From a virus (Duplodnaviria; Caudoviricetes): a stretch of DNA of 64,000 nt. Below the pieces are notes generated by a model. That model saw only the letters and a list, made by a program, of their open reading frames with translations. It ran no database searches and was not told where the DNA came from. The stretch spans positions 1-64,000 of the IMG/VR virus record IMGVR_UViG_3300026549_000029. One strand, 5' to 3'. The translations under genes and the position numbers were made by a program. Every line of letters begins with the position of its first letter. Position 1 is the stretch's first letter. Of this stretch, positions 8,743-18,637 are shown in pieces.

Positions 8743-10002
8743 ATGGAATATACACAGCTTAATGAGTTATATATAGGAAGAAAACCTATAGAGCCTTTAC
8801 AGAATCAATTTACTATTGTTAGAAATAAATTTAAAGGAAAACCATTTTCTTTATCAATGAATACTGATAAAGATGTATTAAAATTTAATAGAATAGTTGA
8901 GAAATTATTTGGGTTTTCTTCATTTGCTTTAAATATTTCTCCTAATCAAACTATTAATGCTTATACATGGGGAACTACTGTATTTAAATCTAAAGAAGAA
9001 CTTAAGAGAATGATTAATTCTCTTAAAGCTTCTGCTAATACAGGGTTTTATCATGATTCATCTAGTGGATTAGTTACTGGAATATGTACTTTAAATATAG
9101 GTCTTATTAATTGCAGTGATTTTACAGATGAAGAAATTATTGCATGTATATTACATGAGATTGGTCATAATTTCTTTGAAGCTGTAACGGATAAAAATTG
9201 TGTATATAGTTTAGTATTTAAAATTATTAAAGTCTTATCTAATATTAATAGAAAAATCAATAATAATATTATAACCGGTAAAGAAATAAATTCTGATGTT
9301 ATAAAACAAGATGTGGATAATACTATTAAATCTTTTGATTTAATAGGACAACTCAGTAATGTATTTACTAAAGTAAAAAATAGAATCTTTTCTATTCCTC
9401 ATGCTATTACTAATACTGCTAAAAATGTTATGAAATATATGTCTTCTAAATTCTTTAGAGAATCAATGGAAGATAATATGAGAAGAACAAGATTCGCTTA
9501 TACTAATGAAAAGTTTGCTGATTCTTTTGCTGTAATGTATGGATATGGAACAGAGTTACATTCATTTTTACAGAAGATTACGGATTACTATGTAAAAGAG
9601 CTTAATATTAAGCAAAGTAGAAATAGTGTAATAATTGCATATAAAGTATTTGACTATATGCTTACAAATGCTCTCTTATATATACTTAATCTTATGGATG
9701 AACATCCTAGCGATCTTGCAAGAATTAAAGTAAGTATTGAATATTTAAAGAGAGAATTAGCAAAAGAAGGATTAGATCCTAAAGTTAAGTTAGAATTAAT
9801 GAAGCAAATTAATGATATGCAGAAACTGATTGATGATTATATTAACTTCCCTAAAGATGAAGATAATATAGCTATAATAAGAGCATATTATAAAGAACTC
9901 TATAGAAGATTTGGTGGAGACAGAAGAGAACAAGATACTGATAATAAAGCTTTATTTAATGCTATTGATAAGAGATTCGATGAGATATTAAATGATAAAT
10001 AA
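8743..10002 (+). CDS. zincin-like metallopeptidase, probable virion protein
   Basis: ILHEIGH...EKFADSFA..YGYG...HP motifs; late promoter. Confidence 0.7.
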   Translation: MEYTQLNELYIGRKPIEPLQNQFTIVRNKFKGKPFSLSMNTDKDVLKFNRIVEKLFGFSSFALNISPNQTINAYTWGTTVFKSKEELKRMINSLKASANTGFYHDSSSGLVTGICTLNIGLINCSDFTDEEIIACILHEIGHNFFEAVTDKNCVYSLVFKIIKVLSNINRKINNNIITGKEINSDVIKQDVDNTIKSFDLIGQLSNVFTKVKNRIFSIPHAITNTAKNVMKYMSSKFFRESMEDNMRRTRFAYTNEKFADSFAVMYGYGTELHSFLQKITDYYVKELNIKQSRNSVIIAYKVFDYMLTNALLYILNLMDEHPSDLARIKVSIEYLKRELAKEGLDPKVKLELMKQINDMQKLIDDYINFPKDEDNIAIIRAYYKELYRRFGGDRREQDTDNKALFNAIDKRFDEILNDK

Positions 10003-10076
10003 TGTAAGTCTGGTAGAGAGAAATCTCTACCAGATTTAACTTTATATTAATTATCATATATATAAGGAGTATTATT

Positions 10077-12497
10077 ATGGGACTTAACTTGAATTATACC
10101 CTTCTTAAAGAGGGTTCTAATTCTTATTTCAAGATTCCTAAATATAGACAAATGGATTCTCATTATAATGTTTATTCTAATACTTATGTATTAGAACAGA
10201 TCTCTCAATTTAATCAGGTTATGAGAGAAGCTTCTATTGAATTAACTAATATTAGTATTAATAATGAATATATTACTGAAGCATCTTTCTTTGAAAATAT
10301 TGCTACCACTTTTTCTGCTATTATTAGAAAAATAGTAGAAGGATTAAAGAAAATAGCTGGAGTTATTATTGGTGCTTTTAAAGAATTATATAAGAGGGTC
10401 AAAGATAGATTTGCTAAAAAAGATCCTGATTTAGTAGAGAAAAAATATAGAGAAAATGAAAGAATTAAACTTCTCAGAAAAGCTTTATATGAAACTCCTG
10501 CTGAAGAAACTGTTCTTCTTATCTCTGATATTAAGCCTACTGAAGAATTAATGGATAAAGATTTTCCTGATTCTTCTCTTATTGGATCTAAATTAGTTAA
10601 TCTTGTTAAAACTAACTTAGATAATTTTGTATATAAAAATATTCATAATTATGGATATGGTCCAACCGGTAACGTTGATCCTAGTACTATTGCAAAAGAT
10701 ATTGAAGCTAATGAATCTCTTGCTGATGTATTAGAAGATCAGAAAGAAGAAATCCTTTCTAAAATGTTTGGAAGATATTCATATGATATTACTAATATTC
10801 CTGCATCAATAGAAAGTGTAGCTATTAAAGCTTTTGGTAATGCAAATGATATTAAAGCTACTAAACTTACTATTGATCTTTATCTTCTTGCTTTAGATAA
10901 TCTTACAAGAGGAAAAGAACTTTCTGATAGTATTATAAAAAATATTGAAAGTATTGATAAAAATTATAAAGAAATTATTAAATCTCTAGAGAAAGCTGAT
11001 AGTGAAGTTAAGTCTATTAAACCTACTAAATCTGCATCTGGATATGATGAAATAACTAATAGACTTATTGCTAGTATTAATAAAATTATTAATGCTACTC
11101 AGATTGTTGTTAATGCTAATATGAATCTTCTTAGATATAAGCAGAAGAGGATTGATCAGATTTTTGGTATTCCTGGAGATTCTTTCAAAGTAAAGAGATT
11201 TGCTCATAATCTTATTCTTAAACAAATTGGAATGGAGGATGAAATCTCTGAAAATTATAGTCCTTTAGATGATACTTTGGAAGCTGATATTCTTAGAGAA
11301 CAGTTTGAATCTATTCTAATTATGACAGAAGAGTATTGGTTAGAGAATGAATTTAATTCTAGACTCACTCAGTATTTAACTGAAGATGATACAGGTGCAG
11401 CTACTCCTAATGTTACTTCTGGAACCGATGCAGCTAAAGCAGATTCTACTCAGACTACAGTTACTACTACTGCTAATATTGGTAATACTAATACTAAAGT
11501 AGCAGGAGCTCCTAATTTTGTTGATAAATTCAATGCAATGTTTGAAAGTTTTAAAACTGCTGTACAAGAGCATTTAATTAAATTAGGAGATACCAATTTC
11601 TGGAATAGGAATAGAGGCAAGATTAGAACTCTTGAATTTGCTTCTACTACTGTCTCTGATTGGAAGAATTATGATTTCTCTCAATTTGAAAAAAGGCTTA
11701 ACACTATTAAATATGATGATAATGCTGAGTATTTAAATACTGATGAAGGAATGCAAAATGAGATTCTCAAGAAATTTGATGCAATTCCTAATGATCAAAG
11801 ATTTGGAGAAAATGATACTTTTTCCCAAAAGATGACAAAAGTATTTTATACTAATATGATCCCTAAAGATAAACCTACCCCTATTGCTCAAGCCGGATTT
11901 AAAAGAGAACAAACTTTTAAATTTATTGATGAGATTGTAAGAAATGGTTTTAACGGTGCAACATTCGGTAATATTAGAGAAGATAGAAAATTTATTAATG
12001 AATCATATAAACAAGCTTCTCAAAATAAACAAGCTACTGCAGATAAAGTAGAAGATGCTAAAGCTGATTATAGAGCTCAAAGAATGCAGCAAAATGCTAC
12101 TCCTGAGAAAAATGAATCTACATATGATTCTGATTTTAGATTTAATCTTGCTGAACATTTTGGTTTAGTTACTGCTGAAAGAATTATTAATTTAAATGAA
12201 GCTCAGTATAATATTGGAGCTGATGATGCTCAAAATAGTCAAGGTGGAGCAGGAGCTGGTGTTAAAGAAGCAAATGCAAGAATTAATAGATATTTCAAAT
12301 TTATGACATTTGCATTATCTGCTAAGATGACTTCTGCTTTAGCTGCTTATAAACAATATATGGGTCTTTATAAAGCTGCTTATAAAAAGCCTAAAGCTAA
12401 TAATGAGAATAATAATCAACAACAGCAGAATCAAAATCAACAAAATAATAACCAGCAGCAAGCACAGCAAAATAATCAGCAGTCTACTGCAACTTAA
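10077..12497 (+). CDS. large putative internal head protein with Q/N-rich tail
   Basis: Late promoter, many hydrophobic-x-E motifs (ITEA, LTED, INES, LNEA), helical composition. Confidence 0.55.
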   Translation: MGLNLNYTLLKEGSNSYFKIPKYRQMDSHYNVYSNTYVLEQISQFNQVMREASIELTNISINNEYITEASFFENIATTFSAIIRKIVEGLKKIAGVIIGAFKELYKRVKDRFAKKDPDLVEKKYRENERIKLLRKALYETPAEETVLLISDIKPTEELMDKDFPDSSLIGSKLVNLVKTNLDNFVYKNIHNYGYGPTGNVDPSTIAKDIEANESLADVLEDQKEEILSKMFGRYSYDITNIPASIESVAIKAFGNANDIKATKLTIDLYLLALDNLTRGKELSDSIIKNIESIDKNYKEIIKSLEKADSEVKSIKPTKSASGYDEITNRLIASINKIINATQIVVNANMNLLRYKQKRIDQIFGIPGDSFKVKRFAHNLILKQIGMEDEISENYSPLDDTLEADILREQFESILIMTEEYWLENEFNSRLTQYLTEDDTGAATPNVTSGTDAAKADSTQTTVTTTANIGNTNTKVAGAPNFVDKFNAMFESFKTAVQEHLIKLGDTNFWNRNRGKIRTLEFASTTVSDWKNYDFSQFEKRLNTIKYDDNAEYLNTDEGMQNEILKKFDAIPNDQRFGENDTFSQKMTKVFYTNMIPKDKPTPIAQAGFKREQTFKFIDEIVRNGFNGATFGNIREDRKFINESYKQASQNKQATADKVEDAKADYRAQRMQQNATPEKNESTYDSDFRFNLAEHFGLVTAERIINLNEAQYNIGADDAQNSQGGAGAGVKEANARINRYFKFMTFALSAKMTSALAAYKQYMGLYKAAYKKPKANNENNNQQQQNQNQQNNNQQQAQQNNQQSTAT

Positions 12498-12540
12498 AAA
12501 ATATAATAGTGGAGCAGATTATTCTGCTCCACTATTTTTT

Positions 12541-14178
12541 TTAATTTAATAATATCATAGCTTTATTATATAATTTATCAAATGTATTTTCTTCTATATC
12601 TTCATATTGTTCTAATGGTAAAGTAACAATAATTTTCTTAATCATATTATCTACTACTTTACTTTTATAATCAATTAATCTACCTTCATACATACAATAA
12701 AATCTATCATCATTACTTAATTTATCTATATCTGCAGGGGTTACTTCTTTATCTCCTTTTGTAGTCTTTATTTTAAAATTAGCCAATTTTAAAATAGAAT
12801 ATACAAATTGACTACAAATCATTTTATCTTTATCTTCACTATATTTATGATTTCTAATAGCGATATCAAAAATATTTCCAAAATTATATTTTGTTTTATT
12901 TTGATTTTCTATATACCATATTATAGTATCAAGCATCATACTTTTTTGTTTAGGAGTAACAAATAAAGAATATACTTTAATCCTTACATCTCTATTTTGT
13001 CTTAAATATAACTCTTTTCCTTCTATAGAAAAACCATTTACTAAATTATATCCATCTTGATAAAGATTAAATGAATATAAAATATTTAATGATGAATCAA
13101 ATCCCATAGATGCATGTGACCATTTAGAATCTGTAAACCATTTTATAGCAGATCCAGCAGGAGAATTACCAGATACTAATACTACAAATACTGGAACAAT
13201 TTTATCTTTGAGATTCTCATAAGTAGCATTATTAGGAATTTCTTCTATAGCAGGTTTGCTAGCTTCTTTTATATAAGATTCTCTTAAATCAAAAAACCTT
13301 GTTGATTCAAATTTTGGATATCTTATATAAGTTTTATTAGCAGCTTCTAAAGAGAAAGGAATTTCTGGATTCCATCCAAGATTATAAATAGATTCTTTAA
13401 TAGCAGATCTTTTTTCTCTATTTGAAGTAGAGTTAAGTTTTACATAGAGAGTTTCTAACATTCTAGACCATTTATATGGCCCACCTGCTTCTTTAATTGG
13501 ATCTGTAGATTTAAAATCAGAAGCCAATTCATAAGGAGTATAATATGGCCTAGCTTTATCTAAGATATCAAGATCTTCTTCAGGATTATCATCTGAAGGA
13601 GTAGGTTCAATATCATTTTCTATTCTTTTAATATGTTTATTTAAAATTATATCATAAAGAGCATAATTATCAAATCCTAAAATATCTCTAGCAGTATCAT
13701 TAGATAATTGTCTCTTATCATAAGATAATGATTGAAATTTATTCCATTTTTCTTTAAGTTTAGCAATTGCCTCTTCTGAATAATCTTCAAAAAAGCCAGA
13801 TTCTGTATCTATCATAATAACTAATCCTTCAGATTCAGCTTTTTTCACTTTAATAATTTTATCTTCTATATCATTTACTACTAAAGTTTCTATATCAGAA
13901 GAAGATTCATTCAAATCTTTTAATATATCTTCTAAAGATATTCTAACATCTTCAGGTGTTATATCTCCTAAATTTTTATTAGGATCTATTTTATCTAATA
14001 GAGCAGTCTTAAGTTTATTATATCTTGTAATATTATCAGAGCCAAAATTATCAATGGAAATATCATTAGATACTTTTCTCTGGTAATATGTCATTGAATC
14101 AAATTTAGATTTCCAATATTCTAAATCTTCTAAATTATCAATATCTGGAGGTAATACCATATACATATGATCATTCAT
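12541..14178 (-). CDS. virion-type protein with C-terminal permuted papain-like NlpC/P60 (YiiX/YebB-like) domain
   Basis: IKWFTDSKWSHAS...KYNF...MICSQFV, with His preceding Cys as in permuted NlpC/P60. Confidence 0.7.
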   Translation of the reverse strand: MNDHMYMVLPPDIDNLEDLEYWKSKFDSMTYYQRKVSNDISIDNFGSDNITRYNKLKTALLDKIDPNKNLGDITPEDVRISLEDILKDLNESSSDIETLVVNDIEDKIIKVKKAESEGLVIMIDTESGFFEDYSEEAIAKLKEKWNKFQSLSYDKRQLSNDTARDILGFDNYALYDIILNKHIKRIENDIEPTPSDDNPEEDLDILDKARPYYTPYELASDFKSTDPIKEAGGPYKWSRMLETLYVKLNSTSNREKRSAIKESIYNLGWNPEIPFSLEAANKTYIRYPKFESTRFFDLRESYIKEASKPAIEEIPNNATYENLKDKIVPVFVVLVSGNSPAGSAIKWFTDSKWSHASMGFDSSLNILYSFNLYQDGYNLVNGFSIEGKELYLRQNRDVRIKVYSLFVTPKQKSMMLDTIIWYIENQNKTKYNFGNIFDIAIRNHKYSEDKDKMICSQFVYSILKLANFKIKTTKGDKEVTPADIDKLSNDDRFYCMYEGRLIDYKSKVVDNMIKKIIVTLPLEQYEDIEENTFDKLYNKAMILLN

Positions 14179-16717
14179 AAATTATCTCCTCCAATTCTTT
14201 TACTTGTTCAGATAAGGTATTTAATTTATTTTCTGTAGAAGAACCATGAAGAAGATAATTATAAAGATTAGTACTTTCATAATTAATAGATTCTTCAAAA
14301 CTTCTAACTAATTCAAATCTTGTATCAAATAAAATCTGATCAGGAGAAATAATATTATTTCCATTTGTTAGATAAGAATAAATATAATTTTCATTAACAT
14401 CTGATGTCAATCCATGATCCATAAAAGTAAGATTTCTATTATAAAGCTGAACAAGATTTTCATATAATTCTTTAGCTTTTCGTTTATCTTTAATTTTAAA
14501 AGTAAGATAATTTTTAGAAATCTTTCCTTTATCAGATTTAAAAACTTTATAAAATCCTTTTTCTTGTGGATCTACAGAATAAAGGGTATATTGAAGAGGA
14601 TCTTTAGTAATAGAATAAGAAAGTTTTTGATCTTTTGGATATACTACTGCGTAATAATTTTCTGGATCACTTATATAAGGAGTAGGTAAAGGCATTGGCT
14701 TAATAATATTTGAATTATTAGCAGTGGGTGCTAATGCTGCTCCTATAGTGCCAGACATATCTTCATTCATATTAGCACTCTCATTTTTATTCATTAATTT
14801 AGAATAATAATTATACCATTTATTTAAATCTTTTTCATATATTCTATAAGCTTTGAGTCTCCGTAAATCAAATATAAGATCTAAATATCCTAATATTCCT
14901 GGATCTTGATCTCTTTTGGCTGCTCTATGCATAGATATAAGAGCAGAAGTTCCTTTTATACATACTGCATAATCTTTTAATTCTTCAGGTTTTATACACC
15001 AGAATAATTCTACACCTTCAATAATATGCTTTCTATCTTTATGAGAATTAGCATATGTTTTAGAATAATCTATAAAAGCTTTAGTAATTTTAATATCATA
15101 ATCTTTATATCTATCATTAAAATTATGAGATTCAAATTCTTTTCTAGAAGTGAATCTATAAGATTTACCAGGTCCTTTAAAGAAGGAATAAATTAAATCT
15201 CCATATTCTTTAAGATTTTCATCAGAAAAATTATAATTTGCTACTAAATCATCAAGTTCATAATAATCTACTTTTTCTCCAGATAAATTTCTACCCATTG
15301 TAGATTTACCAGAGCCAGAATGACCAGTAATAAAACAAAGATTAATTTCTCCAGAATTAAATTTATCTTTATTCCAATAAATATCTTTTCTATTGAATAT
15401 TACATTTTCTAATAGAGAAGATTCATTAGTGACTTTTCTTGCACCTTCTCTACTCATAATATATTGATCATATTTTTTATATTTCATTGTATCAGATATT
15501 TTAAATCCGAGATTTTTATACATATTTATAGCAATCTCATTATCTTTCGATACGAATAATAAATTGGCATTATATTCTTTTATTGCTTTCTCCACTAATA
15601 ATTTGCCTAATCCATATCCTCTATATTTAGCTTTAACTTCTATAGGAGATATAAGATTACCATGCCAATGATTCATTACCCAATTAGGCCAAATTCTAAT
15701 AAATCCAGCAAAATTATCAGTATTTTTTTCAAAAGCAGCAAAACCTTTAAAATAATCTTTATACTTTCCTTTTAATTCATCTATATTTCCTTTTACTTTA
15801 GGATCTCTAATATCTATAATATCAAACTCAATACCAGTTTTCTTTTTAAAATTTTTATCAAGAGTAGATTTATCTTGAGATTCTAATAAAGTAAATTCAT
15901 TAATTCTCATTACAGGATCATATACTTCATTTTGTAAATTATATTTAAGAACAGCCATAATACTCATTAATTGAGAAAAATCATTATTAGTCTGTCTAAT
16001 ATAATTATATTTACCACTTGCTTTTACAGCAGCTTCTTTAGCTTCCTGTCTTTCAGTTTTATATCCTCTCATAGCAGGATTTGCATTAGGATTATCTCCA
16101 CCATCTTTAATTTCAATAATAAGATTATATGGTATATAATAAAAATCGGGAATATATAAATGCTCTTTTCCCTGATACATATAATTCATACTAGGTCCAG
16201 GAGCTAATATATCTTCAGATTTGCAATTCATAACTTTATCCATGAATTCTAATAATCTTCTTTCATAAGCTCCTAAATATTCTATTTCACCACCATCAAT
16301 GAATTTATATTTACCAGCAATCCTTCTTCCTTGCATAGCTTTTCTTTGCACTTCTTCTGCATATCTAGGATCACTTTGTAATCTTTCTACACCATATTTA
16401 TTTTTATTTCTTTCTGCTGCCATTTTCTTATATGCTTCATGGCATTTAGGATCATTGCATAATCTTTCATATCTTCCTTTATCTTCATTCCAGTCAGATA
16501 CTTTACCACACATTATACAATGACCTTCGGTTTTATTATTTATAGTATTAAAGGCTACTCTAAGAGCAGTATATCCTTCAGGAATTTGTTCTTCATGTTT
16601 ATTCTGAATATGAATATGAAGTTTATTCCTTTCAAATTTCTGTTCACAATAAGGACACTTATACTTTCTCTGATAAGTAGACTTGCTAGCAGCTTCTATT
16701 AAGACTACATCTTTCAT
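14171..16717 (-). CDS. multidomain protein: C2H2/Cys Zn fingers + TnsA-N/head-completion-like PD-(D/E)xK nuclease + GNAT acetyltransferase + P-loop kinase + C-terminal domain
   Basis: CPYC..H..H; YLGAYE..YIPDFY..IIEIK; YRGYGLGK..N..A..MYKNLGF; ITGHSGSGKST..IIEG. Confidence 0.75.
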   Translation of the reverse strand: MKDVVLIEAASKSTYQRKYKCPYCEQKFERNKLHIHIQNKHEEQIPEGYTALRVAFNTINNKTEGHCIMCGKVSDWNEDKGRYERLCNDPKCHEAYKKMAAERNKNKYGVERLQSDPRYAEEVQRKAMQGRRIAGKYKFIDGGEIEYLGAYERRLLEFMDKVMNCKSEDILAPGPSMNYMYQGKEHLYIPDFYYIPYNLIIEIKDGGDNPNANPAMRGYKTERQEAKEAAVKASGKYNYIRQTNNDFSQLMSIMAVLKYNLQNEVYDPVMRINEFTLLESQDKSTLDKNFKKKTGIEFDIIDIRDPKVKGNIDELKGKYKDYFKGFAAFEKNTDNFAGFIRIWPNWVMNHWHGNLISPIEVKAKYRGYGLGKLLVEKAIKEYNANLLFVSKDNEIAINMYKNLGFKISDTMKYKKYDQYIMSREGARKVTNESSLLENVIFNRKDIYWNKDKFNSGEINLCFITGHSGSGKSTMGRNLSGEKVDYYELDDLVANYNFSDENLKEYGDLIYSFFKGPGKSYRFTSRKEFESHNFNDRYKDYDIKITKAFIDYSKTYANSHKDRKHIIEGVELFWCIKPEELKDYAVCIKGTSALISMHRAAKRDQDPGILGYLDLIFDLRRLKAYRIYEKDLNKWYNYYSKLMNKNESANMNEDMSGTIGAALAPTANNSNIIKPMPLPTPYISDPENYYAVVYPKDQKLSYSITKDPLQYTLYSVDPQEKGFYKVFKSDKGKISKNYLTFKIKDKRKAKELYENLVQLYNRNLTFMDHGLTSDVNENYIYSYLTNGNNIISPDQILFDTRFELVRSFEESINYESTNLYNYLLHGSSTENKLNTLSEQVKELEEIIYE

Positions 16718-16818
16718 TTATTAGAGACTCCTCTTATAATAGATTATTGGGATGTTTTTCTAATATTACTGATTAAACTAGCAAATAATATTATATATAG
16801 AAAGGAATATATATAAAT

Positions 16819-17100
16819 ATGAATAATAATATAGAAATGCCAAATGATGATGATATTATTAGAATTAAATCTGAACAAGATGAAAAAATAGATAATAGTA
16901 CAGAAATAACTGAATTTAGAAACGAATTAGTAAGAACAATAAATAGTAAAGCTACTAGATACTCATTAAGAGAAATTGCTAATTTATTAGTTTATAATGA
17001 TAAAAATACATTTGATAGAGAATTTTTTGATGTTAATGATATATTTGAAATTATAGATGAATTATTTATTAAATATATAAAAAATAAAGAGGGAGATTAA
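16819..17100 (+). CDS. hypothetical protein
   Basis: ORF between an AACT-N6-TAAT motif and a terminator. Confidence 0.55.
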   Translation: MNNNIEMPNDDDIIRIKSEQDEKIDNSTEITEFRNELVRTINSKATRYSLREIANLLVYNDKNTFDREFFDVNDIFEIIDELFIKYIKNKEGD

Positions 17101-17119
17101 TTCTCCCTCTTTATTTTAT

Positions 17120-18085
17120 TTATTTTAATTCATTTATATTTGATTTTTCCTCGACAGCCATATTTGCCAATTTAAGTATAGCATCAAGACCTTTGGCTGC
17201 TGTTAAGAAGCCATTATCTTTATAACAAAAAGTTGCCTCTTCTACACTAGTTACTTCAGCAAGGGTAACTTCAGACTTAGTGTCTTTCCCCCACCAAACC
17301 TGGGGAACTGGATGTCTTAATTCTCTGGTATTTGTATTTGCAGGGACAGCCTGCATATTCCATTCATCCTCTTCCCTAGTAGACGGGAAAATTACATACC
17401 AGATATCATCTGTATTTTTTGTTACATATCCGATCCATGGAATGAACTTATCCAGAACCAAAATGTGTTTATTTTTTCTCGTTCTGATTAGTTCCTGTAG
17501 TATAGCTTCACTATTTGCTCCATCGATATATTTCCTAATGAGAGCAATTAAAATTTGGCTACAAATATCTACAGCCTTTTTAAAGTTTAACTCCTGCTTA
17601 AGTACATTTTTTACTCCACCATCATAAGAGATAGTGTTAAATGTAAACACCATATTACTAATGGTGAAGTAATTTATACTTCCTTTCACATCAGGAGATT
17701 TGTAGCCATTATCATTAGCATCAATCCCTTGAATAAGAATAGTATCAATGACATTAAAGACTCTATTAACAATATTAAGATCATTGATACCCATCAGAAT
17801 AGCTCTCTTGTTTATAAGATCTTTTCCAAAATCTTTCCAGATTAATCCAATTGAGGAATAAGGAATTCCATTATTCCTCTTAATAGTCTGATTATGATGA
17901 TTATATTTGCCATTGCCAATATCATAGATAATGGCATTTTCATCATTTATATATTTATCTATTTTATTGACACTGGTTCTGACAATTGCTACATTGTCTT
18001 CCCCATATAAATTTAGCAAAACAGCCGTAGCCATTACCTCATCTGCATGGAATACACCATCATGGGTAACTAAAATTTTCTTCAT
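17120..18085 (-). CDS. MYG1 (UPF0160) family DHH-like exonuclease
   Basis: THDGVFHADEV, YDIGNGKYNHH, SSIGLIW, IDANDNG. Confidence 0.88.
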   Translation of the reverse strand: MKKILVTHDGVFHADEVMATAVLLNLYGEDNVAIVRTSVNKIDKYINDENAIIYDIGNGKYNHHNQTIKRNNGIPYSSIGLIWKDFGKDLINKRAILMGINDLNIVNRVFNVIDTILIQGIDANDNGYKSPDVKGSINYFTISNMVFTFNTISYDGGVKNVLKQELNFKKAVDICSQILIALIRKYIDGANSEAILQELIRTRKNKHILVLDKFIPWIGYVTKNTDDIWYVIFPSTREEDEWNMQAVPANTNTRELRHPVPQVWWGKDTKSEVTLAEVTSVEEATFCYKDNGFLTAAKGLDAILKLANMAVEEKSNINELK

Positions 18086-18230
18086 AATTAATTCTCCTTC
18101 TTTATAAAATATATTATTAATATCTTTATATAATTATTATACGTTTATAAATATTCTAATTTTTAAACTCATCATTAAAGTAATTCTTAACATGTTATAC
18201 TATATTATAATCTTAAGGAGGGTTATCCTT

Positions 18231-18605
18231 ATGAAAGAATATTTATTAACTACTAATGAATTTATGGTACCAGATTCTGTAAAAGGATCTGATGCTTATG
18301 GGCTTTTATTATTAAGACTCTTATTGCTACAACCAGGACAGAATCCTTTACATCCTGGTATGGGAGTTGGTTTAGGTCCTAAATATAGATTCATTACAGA
18401 AGATAATATGAATATGCTTCAAGATAGAGTACAAGAGCAAATTGATACTTATCTTTCTCAGGATTTTACTGTAAAGACTACTGTATATATGGAAATTAAA
18501 CCTTCTCATTATCTAAAAATTATTATAACTGCTAATGATACTGATTATATTTATGATACAGAAGATAGTGATACACCAATAGAGTTATCAGATCTTTTAA
18601 AATAA
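18231..18605 (+). CDS. putative baseplate wedge protein (T4 gp25-like)
   Basis: LLLLQPGQNPLHPGMGVGL motif, size, late promoter. Confidence 0.6.
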   Translation: MKEYLLTTNEFMVPDSVKGSDAYGLLLLRLLLLQPGQNPLHPGMGVGLGPKYRFITEDNMNMLQDRVQEQIDTYLSQDFTVKTTVYMEIKPSHYLKIIITANDTDYIYDTEDSDTPIELSDLLK

Positions 18606-18637
18606 AATTAATTATATTCCCCAGGAGGAAATAAATA

